A stretch of DNA of 64,000 nucleotides, from contig CP170459.1 in NCBI GenBank assembly GCA_047947115.1, forward strand, positions 2,176,001-2,240,000. The letters are read 5' to 3'. The position numbers and the translations under genes are program-made. Positions 37,621 through 47,388 of this stretch are shown here, piece by piece. The stretch is from Verrucomicrobiota bacterium (GTDB taxonomy: Bacteria; Verrucomicrobiota; Verrucomicrobiia; Limisphaerales; AAA164-E04). The notes under the pieces are model-generated. The model searched no databases. It worked only from the letters and a program-made list of their open reading frames with translations, and had not been told where the DNA came from. Within the stretch, counting starts at the first letter, position 1, and each line of letters starts with the position of its first letter.

Positions 37621-37767
37621 GGCCACATTAGAACGGTAAACGTCCGGATTGGCAATACTCCGGGTGGCGCGGCCATGGTGGGTTTCCTTTGGTGGATGAA
37701 ATTTGGGGATGGGGATCGGAGGATTGCGCGCCAGGGACACGCGAGCTGCCAGTGCGTTGATGAACGA

Positions 37768-37797
37768 GGCGGGATCTGCATCCTTGCAGATCCCGCC
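37768..37797. terminator. Perfect 13-bp hairpin, probable terminator
   Basis: GGCGGGATCTGCA-TCCT-TGCAGATCCCGCC, 28 bp past the stop at 37825. Confidence 0.7.
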
Positions 37798-37824
37798 CGT
37801 TTGGCTTGTGTGTTGTGGTGTGGG

Positions 37825-38408
37825 TTATTGATTATATCGCTCGCAGGCCCCGAGGCCATGTTCATCCCCTTTGCCCTTGCCGTTTCCTTTTCCTTTACCC
37901 TGGCCATCTCCATTCCCGTTTCCGTGTCCATTGTTCGGGTGTTTGGTTCCGATTCCGTTTTCTTGACCTTTCCCTTTCCCATTTCCAGTCCCGTGCGAAC
38001 CGTGGTTGCCGGATTGAGGCGAGCTCAAGGCATGCTTGCTGGCCCATTCGATGGCTTTCTAGTAGGGGGGGAGCTTTTTTGGGCCGAGTTTTTGATCAAG
38101 GATGCCTCTTCAGGACATGCTTGTGTGAGGTTACGGACCAAAAAAGGCAAGGTCTGCGGGTGTGAAGTGGCAATGGATTCTATGATTTCCTGAATGCAAT
38201 GCTGCTTGTTATCCGAATGTTGAACGATCTTTGTTGCCTCCACCGGTATCTCAGCCACCTTACATTTCTGTAGTGCGACATGAGTTGATTTGCCGGAACG
38301 TGACCCAGGGCCCGCATGCAGGGCGGATGCTCCGATGAGTATGGATATCGAACAGATGGAGACACGCCAATCCATTCGCCGTAAAACGTCGTTGTAATGT
38401 TTTTTCAT
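37825..38408 (-). pseudogene. Secreted protein with Gly/Asn/Lys-rich tail, split by a -1 frameshift
   Basis: Strong SD (AAGGAGG) and signal peptide in ORF 38025..38408. The -1 frame continues KAIEWASKHALSSPQSGNHG...GNGKGKG to the stop at 37825. Confidence 0.6.
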
Positions 38409-38825
38409 TTTTCCTCCTTGTTGGTGTCAATAACCCAGAAATAGGGGGTATTTCTCGTGATTGACGTCGTATATTCACTCGAAAAAATGTTTAAAAATCA
38501 AGTAAAAAAGTCGCATTTTCGATATAAAAGTGAAACCACAAGTGAAGCGCGAGATGAACTCGGACGGCCAGTCTGCTCGGTTTTCCGCCGGGGACGGCTT
38601 TCGCTAAGTTATTCTGACCCTAACCGTTCTTTGGTGCGGTCTGCCTTGAGGCATGATGGGTGGTTTTACTTTTTATGTGCGGCGGATGAATCAACCTTCT
38701 GCCAGGGGATTCAGTGTAGCTTATTGCCAAGATATCCGATGTCGTATCAAGCTTCATCCGTCCTGAGTGCTGTGCGACGCATTTTACGCTTGTCGAAATG
38801 GGAGTGTCCTTTTCAACTGGGTCTC

Positions 38826-40064
38826 ATGAACCGTTTTTTCATTCTATTGATGTTTGCTATTGTAGTGTGTCCGAATCTGGATGCACGCGAGGCAAAGGAA
38901 TATGACAAGGACGTCAATTATGACGAGGAACGGATCCCTGATTATGACCTGCCCCCGCTTTTGGTTTCTTCCTTGGGGAAACCCATCACCACTCCAGAAG
39001 AATGGTTTTCGATTCGTCGGCCTGAGATTCTCTCTCTCTTTGCGAATGTGGTTTATGGCCGTGTGCCTGAACCGGCGTATCCCGTGAACGTCCGGTTTGA
39101 GGTGGTGGAAACCGATCCACAGTTCATGAGGGGCAAAGCGACTCGCAAGGATGTTAAAATTCATCTGGAAAATGAGAATGGTCGGATGGCGATGCATTTT
39201 CTGGTGTTTTCTCCAAACAAGGCAACGAAACCGGCACCTGCCTTCTTCAAGCATAGTTTCAATAACACCCAATCAGATGATTTCGATGCCTCCACAAAAC
39301 GTCCGGGGTTTTTGAAAAATGGTTGGCCGTTAGGGGAAATGTTTGATCGGGGTTATGGGTTTTGTGCGGTGTATCAGCAGGACCTGGTCAAACACAATGA
39401 AGTGGAATTCCTGAGCAGTATTCACAAGTTGTTTTATCCGAAGGGGCAAAGCTTTCCAAAAGCGCATGAGTGGGGTGTTCTATCAGTCTGTGCCTGGGGT
39501 GCCAGTCGGGGAATGGATTATTTGGAAACCGATCCAGACATAGACCACACACGTATTGCCATCATGGGGCATTCCAAGATGGGGAAGGCTACTTTGTGGA
39601 CCGCCGCCCAGGATGAGCGTTTTGCCTTGGCGATTTCTGCTCAATCGGGATGCGCTGGAGCTGCCTTGTGGCGTCGGAAATCGGGTGAAACACTCAAAAA
39701 AATGGTCACTCGTTTCCCTTACTGGTTATGTCGTAATGCGTGGAAATTCGTAGAACAGGAGGATGATATGCCAGTTGATCAACATATGCTGCTGGCCTGT
39801 ATCGCTCCCAGACCGGTTTACGTTCACAGTGCCGCCGGGGATACCTGGGCGGATGCTCGTGGTGAATACCTGTCTGCTTACCATGCCAGCGAGGTTTACC
39901 GTTTGTTGGGTAAAAAGGGTCTGGAATCCTCGGAAACCCCTGATCTGCGCCAACCCATCCAGGATTCGGAAGTGGGTTACCACATACGTGAGGGTGGGCA
40001 TTCCATTGAAATGTATGATTGGGTGCAGTTTATGGATTTTGCTGACCACCATTTCAAACCTTGA
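38826..40064 (+). CDS. CE15-like (glucuronoyl esterase family) alpha/beta hydrolase, secreted
   Basis: Signal peptide, NYDEERIPDYDLP, AWGASRGMDYL, GHSKMGK, SGCAGAAL, VDQHMLLACIAPRP, WAD..GE. Confidence 0.85.
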   Translation: MNRFFILLMFAIVVCPNLDAREAKEYDKDVNYDEERIPDYDLPPLLVSSLGKPITTPEEWFSIRRPEILSLFANVVYGRVPEPAYPVNVRFEVVETDPQFMRGKATRKDVKIHLENENGRMAMHFLVFSPNKATKPAPAFFKHSFNNTQSDDFDASTKRPGFLKNGWPLGEMFDRGYGFCAVYQQDLVKHNEVEFLSSIHKLFYPKGQSFPKAHEWGVLSVCAWGASRGMDYLETDPDIDHTRIAIMGHSKMGKATLWTAAQDERFALAISAQSGCAGAALWRRKSGETLKKMVTRFPYWLCRNAWKFVEQEDDMPVDQHMLLACIAPRPVYVHSAAGDTWADARGEYLSAYHASEVYRLLGKKGLESSETPDLRQPIQDSEVGYHIREGGHSIEMYDWVQFMDFADHHFKP

Positions 40065-40239
40065 TGGTGGACACATCCTGTCCCAGGTTGGAAGGCTTTA
40101 TCGGGGAGGAGGTTGATAGAGGATGCAGAATGTCCATTTTCACTCATCGTTTCTGTTACCTTTGGTGTATCTCCGTTGTCTCCAAGTATCGGTATTTTAA
40201 CCAAGGAGATTATTGCTCTCATCAAAACAATAAACAATC

Positions 40240-41178
40240 ATGCACTGGACTAAAAGAAACGCACTACTACTCATGCTCGTTGCCGTTGGTTTGACCGGCA
40301 TCGACTGGACAACACATGCTCGCAGTTTTCGGGTCAACATGATGCCCAACGGAAATGTCAATGACTGCTCCAACTGTCATGTCAGCCCTTTTGGGGGCGG
40401 CAGGAGGACGCCTTTTGGGGAGGCGGTCCGTTCCATCGTCGGAGGCGGTACAAACCGGCCTTTTTGGGATGCAGCATTGGCTGCTTTGGATTCGGATGGC
40501 GATGGTTTCACAAATGGGGAAGAGCTGGGGGATCCCGATGGGGACGGGGTTCCCACGCCGGGCGCCCAGGTGACCAATCCAGGAGTTGCGAGTGATTTTC
40601 CCGACATTGTTGAGCCGGAACCGGAACCTGTCTCCACCACCTTGCACATCGCTGCCGATGGCAAAAACCTCACCCTTACCTGGGAAGAAGGGGGTGTGTT
40701 GGAATCGGCCCGTAGTCCGCAAGGGCCATGGGAAGCGGTGGATGGAGCCAATAGTCCTCATCAAGTGGTGGCCGATGGCGCCATGAGCTTTTATCGGGTG
40801 GGGGATGGGTCAGGAGGGCAGACCTTCACCTTGCGTCTGTCGGCTGCACCGGGAGTGACCAGTGGTGGTTCCGGATCAGGGACCATCTCCATTGATGGGA
40901 ACCAGCTTTCCATTCATGTTCGCTACAGCGGTTTGACCGGGGATTTCACAGCGGCTCACCTGCATGGACCGGCGGATGTCGGCGGGAGTGCAGGGGTTCT
41001 TTTTGCCGTGGATGGAGAAGAACTGCATCAGGCTGAAGGATCCCATGCGGGGGCCTTTATTGGTAGTGGCGAAGTTTCGGATGACACCATCGAGGCTTTG
41101 TTGGGTGGCAAGGCTTACTTGAACGTTCATTCTTCCGCCAGTCCTGGGGGAGAAATCCGCGCTCACATTCTTCCTTGA
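40240..41178 (+). CDS. Secreted temptin-like CxxCH protein with C-terminal CHRD domain
   Basis: Signal peptide, CSNCH, DSDGDGFTNGEELGDP, and CHRD motifs AAHLHGPA...YLNVHSSASPGGEIRA. Confidence 0.8.
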   Translation: MHWTKRNALLLMLVAVGLTGIDWTTHARSFRVNMMPNGNVNDCSNCHVSPFGGGRRTPFGEAVRSIVGGGTNRPFWDAALAALDSDGDGFTNGEELGDPDGDGVPTPGAQVTNPGVASDFPDIVEPEPEPVSTTLHIAADGKNLTLTWEEGGVLESARSPQGPWEAVDGANSPHQVVADGAMSFYRVGDGSGGQTFTLRLSAAPGVTSGGSGSGTISIDGNQLSIHVRYSGLTGDFTAAHLHGPADVGGSAGVLFAVDGEELHQAEGSHAGAFIGSGEVSDDTIEALLGGKAYLNVHSSASPGGEIRAHILP

Positions 41179-41187
41179 GCAACAAAA

Positions 41188-41257
41188 AGAGTGCGACTTG
41201 CGGTCGCACTCTCTGAAATCCTTCATCAAGCTCCCGGGTTTTGCCTGGGAGCTTTTT
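41188..41257. terminator. Two tandem hairpins between convergent genes
   Basis: AGAGTGCGAC-TTGCG-GTCGCACTCT (41188-41212) and AAGCTCCC...GGGAGCTTTTT (41228-41257). Confidence 0.8.
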
Positions 41258-41258
41258 A

Positions 41259-42125
41259 TTAATATTGGACTCTTACACCGTATTCCTTGAGCTTTTCAAC
41301 CTGGCTTTTGCGGATACGATTTCCTTTGAGGTAGGCTTTCAGGAAAGGGGCGAAGCGTTTTTCACCTTCTGAATCGGCCCGGGCCATGGTGATCAGAGGG
41401 CTGATATCCTGTATCTGATTGTATTCGAGAAAGAGGAAATTAAGGTTCTTCAAGCCGTCCAGCGGAACCAGGTCATACAGCTTGTTTCCGTCCAGGGATA
41501 GTGAGCTGAGCCATTTCAGGTTGTTGATGCCTTCGATGGATTCGATCTGGTTTACGCTCAGGTGGAGTGAAGCGAGCTTGGGCAGGCTGAGGATTGGGTA
41601 GATGTATTCGATCTTGTTGTATCCCAGATAAAGAGCCGACATGTTTTTTAATCCTGCCAGCGGTTTGAGATCCTTGACCTTGTTGTGGGAAAGTTCGATG
41701 TATTGCAAGGCAGGTACGCTTTCCAGTGCGGAAATGTCCGAGATATCATTGTTGGAAAGATCCAGTGACTGTAGTCGCTTGAGTCCTTTTAATGGGGATA
41801 TATCGGTGATTTGATTGCCGGCAAGGTCCAACAGGGCGAGGCTCTTGCAGTGCTCCAGCCCGGTCAGGTCGCGGATTTCCTTGCCCCTGCCCTTGATGGT
41901 AGAGACATCGACGAGATCCTCGGCGGTTATGGGTTCGGTGGTATTCCGCTTTTCATAGACGGAGTGGCGCACCACTTCTTCCAGGTTTTTGTCGGGAAAC
42001 ACCGAAACGGCCGGTGCTTTTTCCTCTTCTTTGGCTGCTTCGGCTTCCTGAGCCTGTATCCCGTTGACAGCTATCATCCCGACCAGGAGGGCCAAGAACC
42101 ACGCATTTAAACCTTTAGACCTCAT
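41259..42125 (-). CDS. Secreted internalin-like leucine-rich repeat protein
   Basis: Signal peptide, FPDKNLE cap, about seven 22-aa LxxLxLxxNxIxDLxPL repeats. Confidence 0.92.
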   Translation of the reverse strand: MRSKGLNAWFLALLVGMIAVNGIQAQEAEAAKEEEKAPAVSVFPDKNLEEVVRHSVYEKRNTTEPITAEDLVDVSTIKGRGKEIRDLTGLEHCKSLALLDLAGNQITDISPLKGLKRLQSLDLSNNDISDISALESVPALQYIELSHNKVKDLKPLAGLKNMSALYLGYNKIEYIYPILSLPKLASLHLSVNQIESIEGINNLKWLSSLSLDGNKLYDLVPLDGLKNLNFLFLEYNQIQDISPLITMARADSEGEKRFAPFLKAYLKGNRIRKSQVEKLKEYGVRVQY

Positions 42126-42332
42126 ATTGCTTCTATGATTATTTGTTTGGAATCAGCCCTGATTAAAACCGGAAGGCAGGGTGGGAAGCAATCCCTTTCC
42201 TTTGAAAAAAATAAGCCTCCCTTGGTTTGCTGATGACATCAAATGGGTGATCCCACACATCTCGCTTGGCAAACGCCTTGTCTCGATTAGAATCCAGACC
42301 ATTCACATTCTCAATCGAAGCTTTGGATCGGC

Positions 42333-43898
42333 ATGAAACAATTGATATCTATGAAATGGTTGGTGGCCCTTGGATGGGTCGTGGGACTGGGGAGCGCGAG
42401 TCTGCAGGCCGTTAATGAAGGCGTTGTTCCGGAGAAAATTCCTGGAGCCAAACAGCGTAACGTCATCTTCATCCTTGCCGATGATCATCGGTATGACGCG
42501 ATGGGCTTCATGGGGCATCCTTTTTTGGAAACACCCCACATGGATGCGATTGCCCGCAACGGAGTTCATTTGAAAAACGCCTTCGTCACCACTTCGCTTT
42601 GCTCCCCGAGCCGTGCATCGATCCTGACCGGACTTTACACGCACAAACACCGTGTGATCGACAATAACCGCTTGGTGCCCGAAGGAACCAAGTTTTTCCC
42701 TGAATGGCTTCAGAAAGCCGGGTATCAAACGGGGTTTATCGGTAAATGGCACATGGGCGGCGAAACCGACGCTCCGCGTCCCGGGTTTGATTATTGGGTC
42801 AGTTTTCGCGGACAAGGGCACTACATGGCCCCCGGTCCGAACTACACCCTGAATGTGAATGGCGAACGCGTGAAGCAAAAGGGTTATATCACGGATGAAC
42901 TCACTGATTACGCCGTGGATTTTCTCGAAGCACAGAAAAACAGGGACAAGCCTTTCTTCCTTTACCTTTCCCACAAGGCGGTGCATGCGAATTTCTCGCC
43001 CGCGGAGCGTCATGCGGGGCGTTACACCGATTCGCCCTGGAAAAAACCCTCCAGTGAAGCCAATACCGATGCCAATTACGACGGAAAGCCGCGTTGGTTG
43101 CGTGACCAACGCAACAGTTGGCATGGTGTGGATTTTCCTTATCACAGCGAACTGGATGTAGAGCAGTACTACAAAAGATATTGTGAAGCATTGTTGGCGG
43201 TGGATGACAGCATCGGGCGTGTGATGGAACAGCTCAAGAAGATGGGTGTTTACGAGGAAACGCTGGTGATATACATGGGAGACAATGGATTCATGTTTGG
43301 TGAGCATGGTCTGATCGACAAGCGCGTTGCGTATGAAACTTCGATCCGTGTGCCCATGATCATGCAGTGCCCGGAACTCTTCCGGGGAAACACCGTGGTG
43401 GATCAGGTGGTGGCCAACATCGATATTGGTCCCACGGTCATGGAGGCTGCCGGACTCAGAACCCCATCGCATATGGATGGTCAAAGTTTCATCGGAATAT
43501 CCCAGGGTAAGGAGATGAAGTGGCGTGATTATTTTCTTTATGTTTATTACTGGGAAAAGAACTTTCCGCAATCGCCTACCGTCTTTTCGCTGCGAGGAGA
43601 TCAATATAAATACATCACCTACTATGGATTGTGGGATACGGATGAACTTTACGATATTAAGAATGATCCTGGTGAAACAAAGAATCTGATTGCAGATCCA
43701 CAGTTTCGTCAGGTGGCACGGCAGTTTGAAGATCAATTGTATGCCATGCTGGATGACCAGGGGGGGATGTACATCCCATTGAACCAGCCTCGCGGTGGAT
43801 CTCAAAACAAACGGCTTTCAACGCGAGGTGGCCACGACGCTTCCGGCTTTCCGTCTCATCTGGTGGTTGAAGAACCGATCAATCGGAATGCCCAATAA
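42333..43898 (+). CDS. Sulfatase (N-acetylglucosamine-6-sulfatase-like)
   Basis: NVIFILADDHR, CSPSRASILTG, GKWHMG, GDNGF..GEHGLIDKR..YE. Confidence 0.95.
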   Translation: MKQLISMKWLVALGWVVGLGSASLQAVNEGVVPEKIPGAKQRNVIFILADDHRYDAMGFMGHPFLETPHMDAIARNGVHLKNAFVTTSLCSPSRASILTGLYTHKHRVIDNNRLVPEGTKFFPEWLQKAGYQTGFIGKWHMGGETDAPRPGFDYWVSFRGQGHYMAPGPNYTLNVNGERVKQKGYITDELTDYAVDFLEAQKNRDKPFFLYLSHKAVHANFSPAERHAGRYTDSPWKKPSSEANTDANYDGKPRWLRDQRNSWHGVDFPYHSELDVEQYYKRYCEALLAVDDSIGRVMEQLKKMGVYEETLVIYMGDNGFMFGEHGLIDKRVAYETSIRVPMIMQCPELFRGNTVVDQVVANIDIGPTVMEAAGLRTPSHMDGQSFIGISQGKEMKWRDYFLYVYYWEKNFPQSPTVFSLRGDQYKYITYYGLWDTDELYDIKNDPGETKNLIADPQFRQVARQFEDQLYAMLDDQGGMYIPLNQPRGGSQNKRLSTRGGHDASGFPSHLVVEEPINRNAQ

Positions 43899-43929
43899 GG
43901 CCATACTGTTTTCGAACGATTCATTTGTT

Positions 43930-45801
43930 ATGGAAGTACTGATCATTGCATTGCTGGCCGGGCTTGGTTTTATCGCGGCCTATCACACTTACGGCCGCTG
44001 GTTGGGGCACAAGATTTTTGCCCTTTCCGCCAAAGCCATTTGCCCCTCCTGCAAGTTGGAGGACGGGGTGGATTATGTTCCCACATCCAAGGGAGTTGTG
44101 TTTGGTCATCACTTCACATCCATTGCCGGAACCGGCCCGATCGTCGGACCAGCCATTGCGGTGATGTGGGGGTGGGTGCCCGCATTGCTTTGGGTGGTCC
44201 TGGGTTCCATATTTATTGGGGCTGTTCATGATTTTGGCGCCTTGGTGGTCAGTTTGCGAAACAACGGGCAGACCGTGGGTGACATCGCCGGACGCGTGAT
44301 GAACCGGCGTGTTCGGTTGCTCTTTTTGGTTGTTTTGTTCATGGCTCTGACCATCGTGCTCGCAATCTTCGGATTGGTGATTGCTTCAGTGTTCAAAATG
44401 TATCCCGCCGCGATTTTTCCATGTCTGGTTCAAATACCCCTGGCCGTGGTGATCGGGGTGTGGTTGCATCGGAAAGGCGTGAATCTCTTCCTTCCTTCAC
44501 TGCTTGCATTGGGTATCATGTATCTGACCGTCATATTCGGAGACCTGGGTTTTCTCCATCAAATGAATGCGTTTATGCAATCACAGACGGTGTTCACCTG
44601 GGTGGTTATCCTGTTGGTGTATTCATATATTGCTTCCGTGTTGCCGGTATGGACACTGCTTCAGCCGAGAGATTACATCAATTCGCTCCAACTGATTTCA
44701 GCTTTGGGATTGATTGTGGCCGGATTGTTCGGTGCGGCTTTGATGGGGGGGGCTCCGGTTCCCGGGGGAACCGAACGTCCGACGCTTGAAATCATTGCCC
44801 CCGCCCTGAACCTGGCTCCCGAAGGGGCTCCTTTTATCTTTCCATTTTTGTTCATCACCATCGCTTGCGGAGCTATCAGTGGATTCCATTGTCTGGTCAG
44901 CAGTGGTACCAGCAGCAAACAAATCCAGAGTGAACCGGATGCCAGGTTTGTGGGGTACGGCAGCATGCTCACGGAAGGTTTTCTGGCAACGTTGGTCATT
45001 CTGGCGTGCACCGCCGGTTTAGGTTTGGGGTCCGATGTGAAAGGGGAGTTTCTGACCGGTGAAAATGCTTGGGCGGCGCGATACGCCTCCTGGGGAGCGG
45101 CGGGCGCTCTTGGGGCCAAGGTGGCCGCTTTTGTGGATGGTTCCGCGAACTTCTTGAAATCCATCGGTATTCCACCCCATGTGTCTTTGGCTTTGATGGG
45201 GGTGTTGGTGGCTTCGTTTGCGGGCACCACGCTGGATACCGCATGTCGACTGCAGCGTTATGTGATTCAGGAACTGGCTATTACGTTTCAGAATCAGGAC
45301 GGTTCCAATACCAATCCTCTGGGCTTTCTGACCAACAAACACGGCGCGACCTTGTTTGCCATCGTGATCGCTGCATTGGTGGCCACGGCGCCGGCTCCAG
45401 GGCAGGCTGATTGGTCGCTGGCCACCGCCGGCAAGGGAGGCATGATCCTCTGGCCTCTGTTTGGTGCCACGAATCAACTGTTGGCGGGACTTGCTTTTCT
45501 GGTGATCACCTTTCATTTGTGGCGCCGTGGGAAGCCTATCTGGTTTTTGGTGTTTCCGATGGTCTTCATGCTGATCATGCCCATGTGGGCCATGCTGGTT
45601 CAGTTGTTTTTGGGAAGCGGGGATTCTCCAAGCTGGATCCAAAGCGGTAACTGGATCGTGGTGTTTGTCGGTCTGGCGACCATCGTGCTGGAGGTTTGGA
45701 TGTTGATCGAAGCCGCCATGATGTTTCCCAAAGCCAAGGGCATTCTCGAAAAGCATGCGCTGGATCAGGTGGATGCCAAACCCATGGAATCCACTTCCTG
45801 A
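43930..45801 (+). CDS. cstA: Carbon starvation protein A family transporter
   Basis: FGHHFTSIAGTGPIVGP, GAVHDF, LLQPRDYIN, IACGAISGFH, WPLFGATNQLLA. Confidence 0.95.
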   Translation: MEVLIIALLAGLGFIAAYHTYGRWLGHKIFALSAKAICPSCKLEDGVDYVPTSKGVVFGHHFTSIAGTGPIVGPAIAVMWGWVPALLWVVLGSIFIGAVHDFGALVVSLRNNGQTVGDIAGRVMNRRVRLLFLVVLFMALTIVLAIFGLVIASVFKMYPAAIFPCLVQIPLAVVIGVWLHRKGVNLFLPSLLALGIMYLTVIFGDLGFLHQMNAFMQSQTVFTWVVILLVYSYIASVLPVWTLLQPRDYINSLQLISALGLIVAGLFGAALMGGAPVPGGTERPTLEIIAPALNLAPEGAPFIFPFLFITIACGAISGFHCLVSSGTSSKQIQSEPDARFVGYGSMLTEGFLATLVILACTAGLGLGSDVKGEFLTGENAWAARYASWGAAGALGAKVAAFVDGSANFLKSIGIPPHVSLALMGVLVASFAGTTLDTACRLQRYVIQELAITFQNQDGSNTNPLGFLTNKHGATLFAIVIAALVATAPAPGQADWSLATAGKGGMILWPLFGATNQLLAGLAFLVITFHLWRRGKPIWFLVFPMVFMLIMPMWAMLVQLFLGSGDSPSWIQSGNWIVVFVGLATIVLEVWMLIEAAMMFPKAKGILEKHALDQVDAKPMESTS

Positions 45802-45807
45802 ACCCAG

Positions 45808-46389
45808 ATGGCACTCGATCGCATAGGAATTTTTGGAGGCACGTTTGACCCCGTCCATCGGGGACACCTGTTGGTGGCGCGGGCCGCTTTGGAGGAGGCT
45901 GGGCTGGATCGGCTCTTTTTTATTCCGGCTTCCAGATCTCCCTTCAAAGAGTCTCAACAACCCAGCGCGGGTAAAGATCGGGTTCGTTGGCTGCGGTTGG
46001 CGCTTGCCGGTGAATCGCGGTATGAAATCGATGAACGCGAGCTGGACCGAGGCGGTATCTCCTACGCCATCGACACCGTACATGCTTATCAAAAACAGTT
46101 CCCAGACGCACAACTGTGTTATTTGATTGGTGCGGATCACCTCGAAAAGCTGCATCAGTGGCGGGATGCCCCCAAATTGGCGTCAGTGCTTGAATTCCTG
46201 GTGGTTCCCAGGCCGGGGGAGGTGGAGAAACCAATTCCCGCGCCGTTACGGGGAACCTTTTTATCGGGATTCCCCTGTTCGATTGCTGCCTCAACGATCC
46301 GGAAAAGAGTTCGATCGGGGCAATCAATCGGTGAACTGGTCCCATCATTTGTTGAACAGGATATTGTCAACCGGGGGATTTACCTATAG
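45808..46389 (+). CDS. nadD: Nicotinate-nucleotide adenylyltransferase
   Basis: GIFGGTFDPVHRGH, SYAIDT, LIGAD, ASTIR. Adjacent to rsfS. Confidence 0.95.
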   Translation: MALDRIGIFGGTFDPVHRGHLLVARAALEEAGLDRLFFIPASRSPFKESQQPSAGKDRVRWLRLALAGESRYEIDERELDRGGISYAIDTVHAYQKQFPDAQLCYLIGADHLEKLHQWRDAPKLASVLEFLVVPRPGEVEKPIPAPLRGTFLSGFPCSIAASTIRKRVRSGQSIGELVPSFVEQDIVNRGIYL

Positions 46390-46427
46390 GAATAGTCCTT
46401 TGGCAGTTTGGCTGCCTTGTTAGCATC

Positions 46428-46820
46428 ATGGATTCCAAGAAACTCGCTCAATTGTGCTGCGCCTATGCGGACGACCGCAAAGCCGAAAACCCTGTGATTC
46501 TCGATCTCAGGGACATCTCGTCCATTACGGACTTTTTTATCATCCTCACAGGCGGCAGCTCGCCTCATCTGCGTGCCATTGCTGATGAGGTTACTGACAA
46601 GGTCCGGGATGAGCATGGTATCCGACCTCGGCAGGTGGATGGGAAAAGTTCCGGAAACTGGGTCGTGATTGACTACTACGACGTTATCGTTCACGTGATG
46701 AGCCAGGAAATGCGAAATCGCTATAACCTCGAGGGGCTGTGGGGAGATGCACCACGCGTCAAACCCAGAAAACCGCGTGGAATGGGGCCCGTCAGTCGAA
46801 ACGCAGTCACTAAAAAGTAG
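46428..46820 (+). CDS. rsfS: Ribosome silencing factor
   Basis: DRKAENPVILD, TDFFII, WVVIDYYDVIVHV, YNLEGLWGDAP. Confidence 0.95.
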   Translation: MDSKKLAQLCCAYADDRKAENPVILDLRDISSITDFFIILTGGSSPHLRAIADEVTDKVRDEHGIRPRQVDGKSSGNWVVIDYYDVIVHVMSQEMRNRYNLEGLWGDAPRVKPRKPRGMGPVSRNAVTKK

Positions 46821-46850
46821 GCTGAACTATTCGATGGGCAGCGGCGATGT

Positions 46851-47300
46851 TCAGGCTTGTCCGCCGTAACTGACGTAATCGTCCAGATCAAGCAAATCAA
46901 ACCATGTCATGATATCCATGCGATGAGGAGCCGCTTTTGCATGGATATCGTTGAAATACTTCCGTGATTCCACATCCAGCGGGGCTCGCTGCTCTTCCAG
47001 TGCGGACCAACTGGCGATTTCCTGTGCGGTTCTCTTTTGAGTAGAAGATTTCATGATCCAGCCAAGGACTTGACCGTCTGACTTGCCGCAAGCGAGCTGG
47101 TTCATCAGTGTATTGGCGTTGATGCCGACGAACTCAAAGAATCGCCGATCCATGGGGCAGTTGAAATGATAGGCCCCATTTTTGGCGGCAATGGTGGCTC
47201 TTCCTTTATCCAGCATCCTGGGCAAAATGACAAAGCCCCCCAGGCGAACACGCGGGCTGCGCGGCGGGGCAATCGTGAGATCTGGACCTGTTATAACCAT
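46851..47300 (-). CDS. DUF5069 domain protein
   Basis: PRSPRVRLGG..ILPRMLDKGRA...YHFNCPMD...TWFDLLDLDD. Confidence 0.8.
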   Translation of the reverse strand: MVITGPDLTIAPPRSPRVRLGGFVILPRMLDKGRATIAAKNGAYHFNCPMDRRFFEFVGINANTLMNQLACGKSDGQVLGWIMKSSTQKRTAQEIASWSALEEQRAPLDVESRKYFNDIHAKAAPHRMDIMTWFDLLDLDDYVSYGGQA

Positions 47301-47388
47301 GAAAAATACGTATTTCCCCTTTTTGATGGGGTAATTTGGACCGCAGACGCAAGGAAAAAGTCACTTTTCTCGTCCTGCGATCAAAAGG

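Noticed and set aside
38065..38071. G7/C7 tract as a phase-variation switch for the split gene
   Set aside because: Adding one C brings TAG in frame immediately, so it cannot fuse the two ORFs.
38457..38825. N-terminal extension of the CE15 ORF
   Set aside because: It precedes a clear signal peptide starting at 38826 and overlaps AT-rich promoter-like DNA.
42266..42283. Sigma54-like promoter TGGCAAACGCCTTGT
   Set aside because: It lacks the invariant GC at -12.
42303..43805. 500-aa minus-strand ORF
   Set aside because: Antisense shadow of the sulfatase. The same applies to 36163..37149, 45019..46155, 53051..54250 and 5149..5976.
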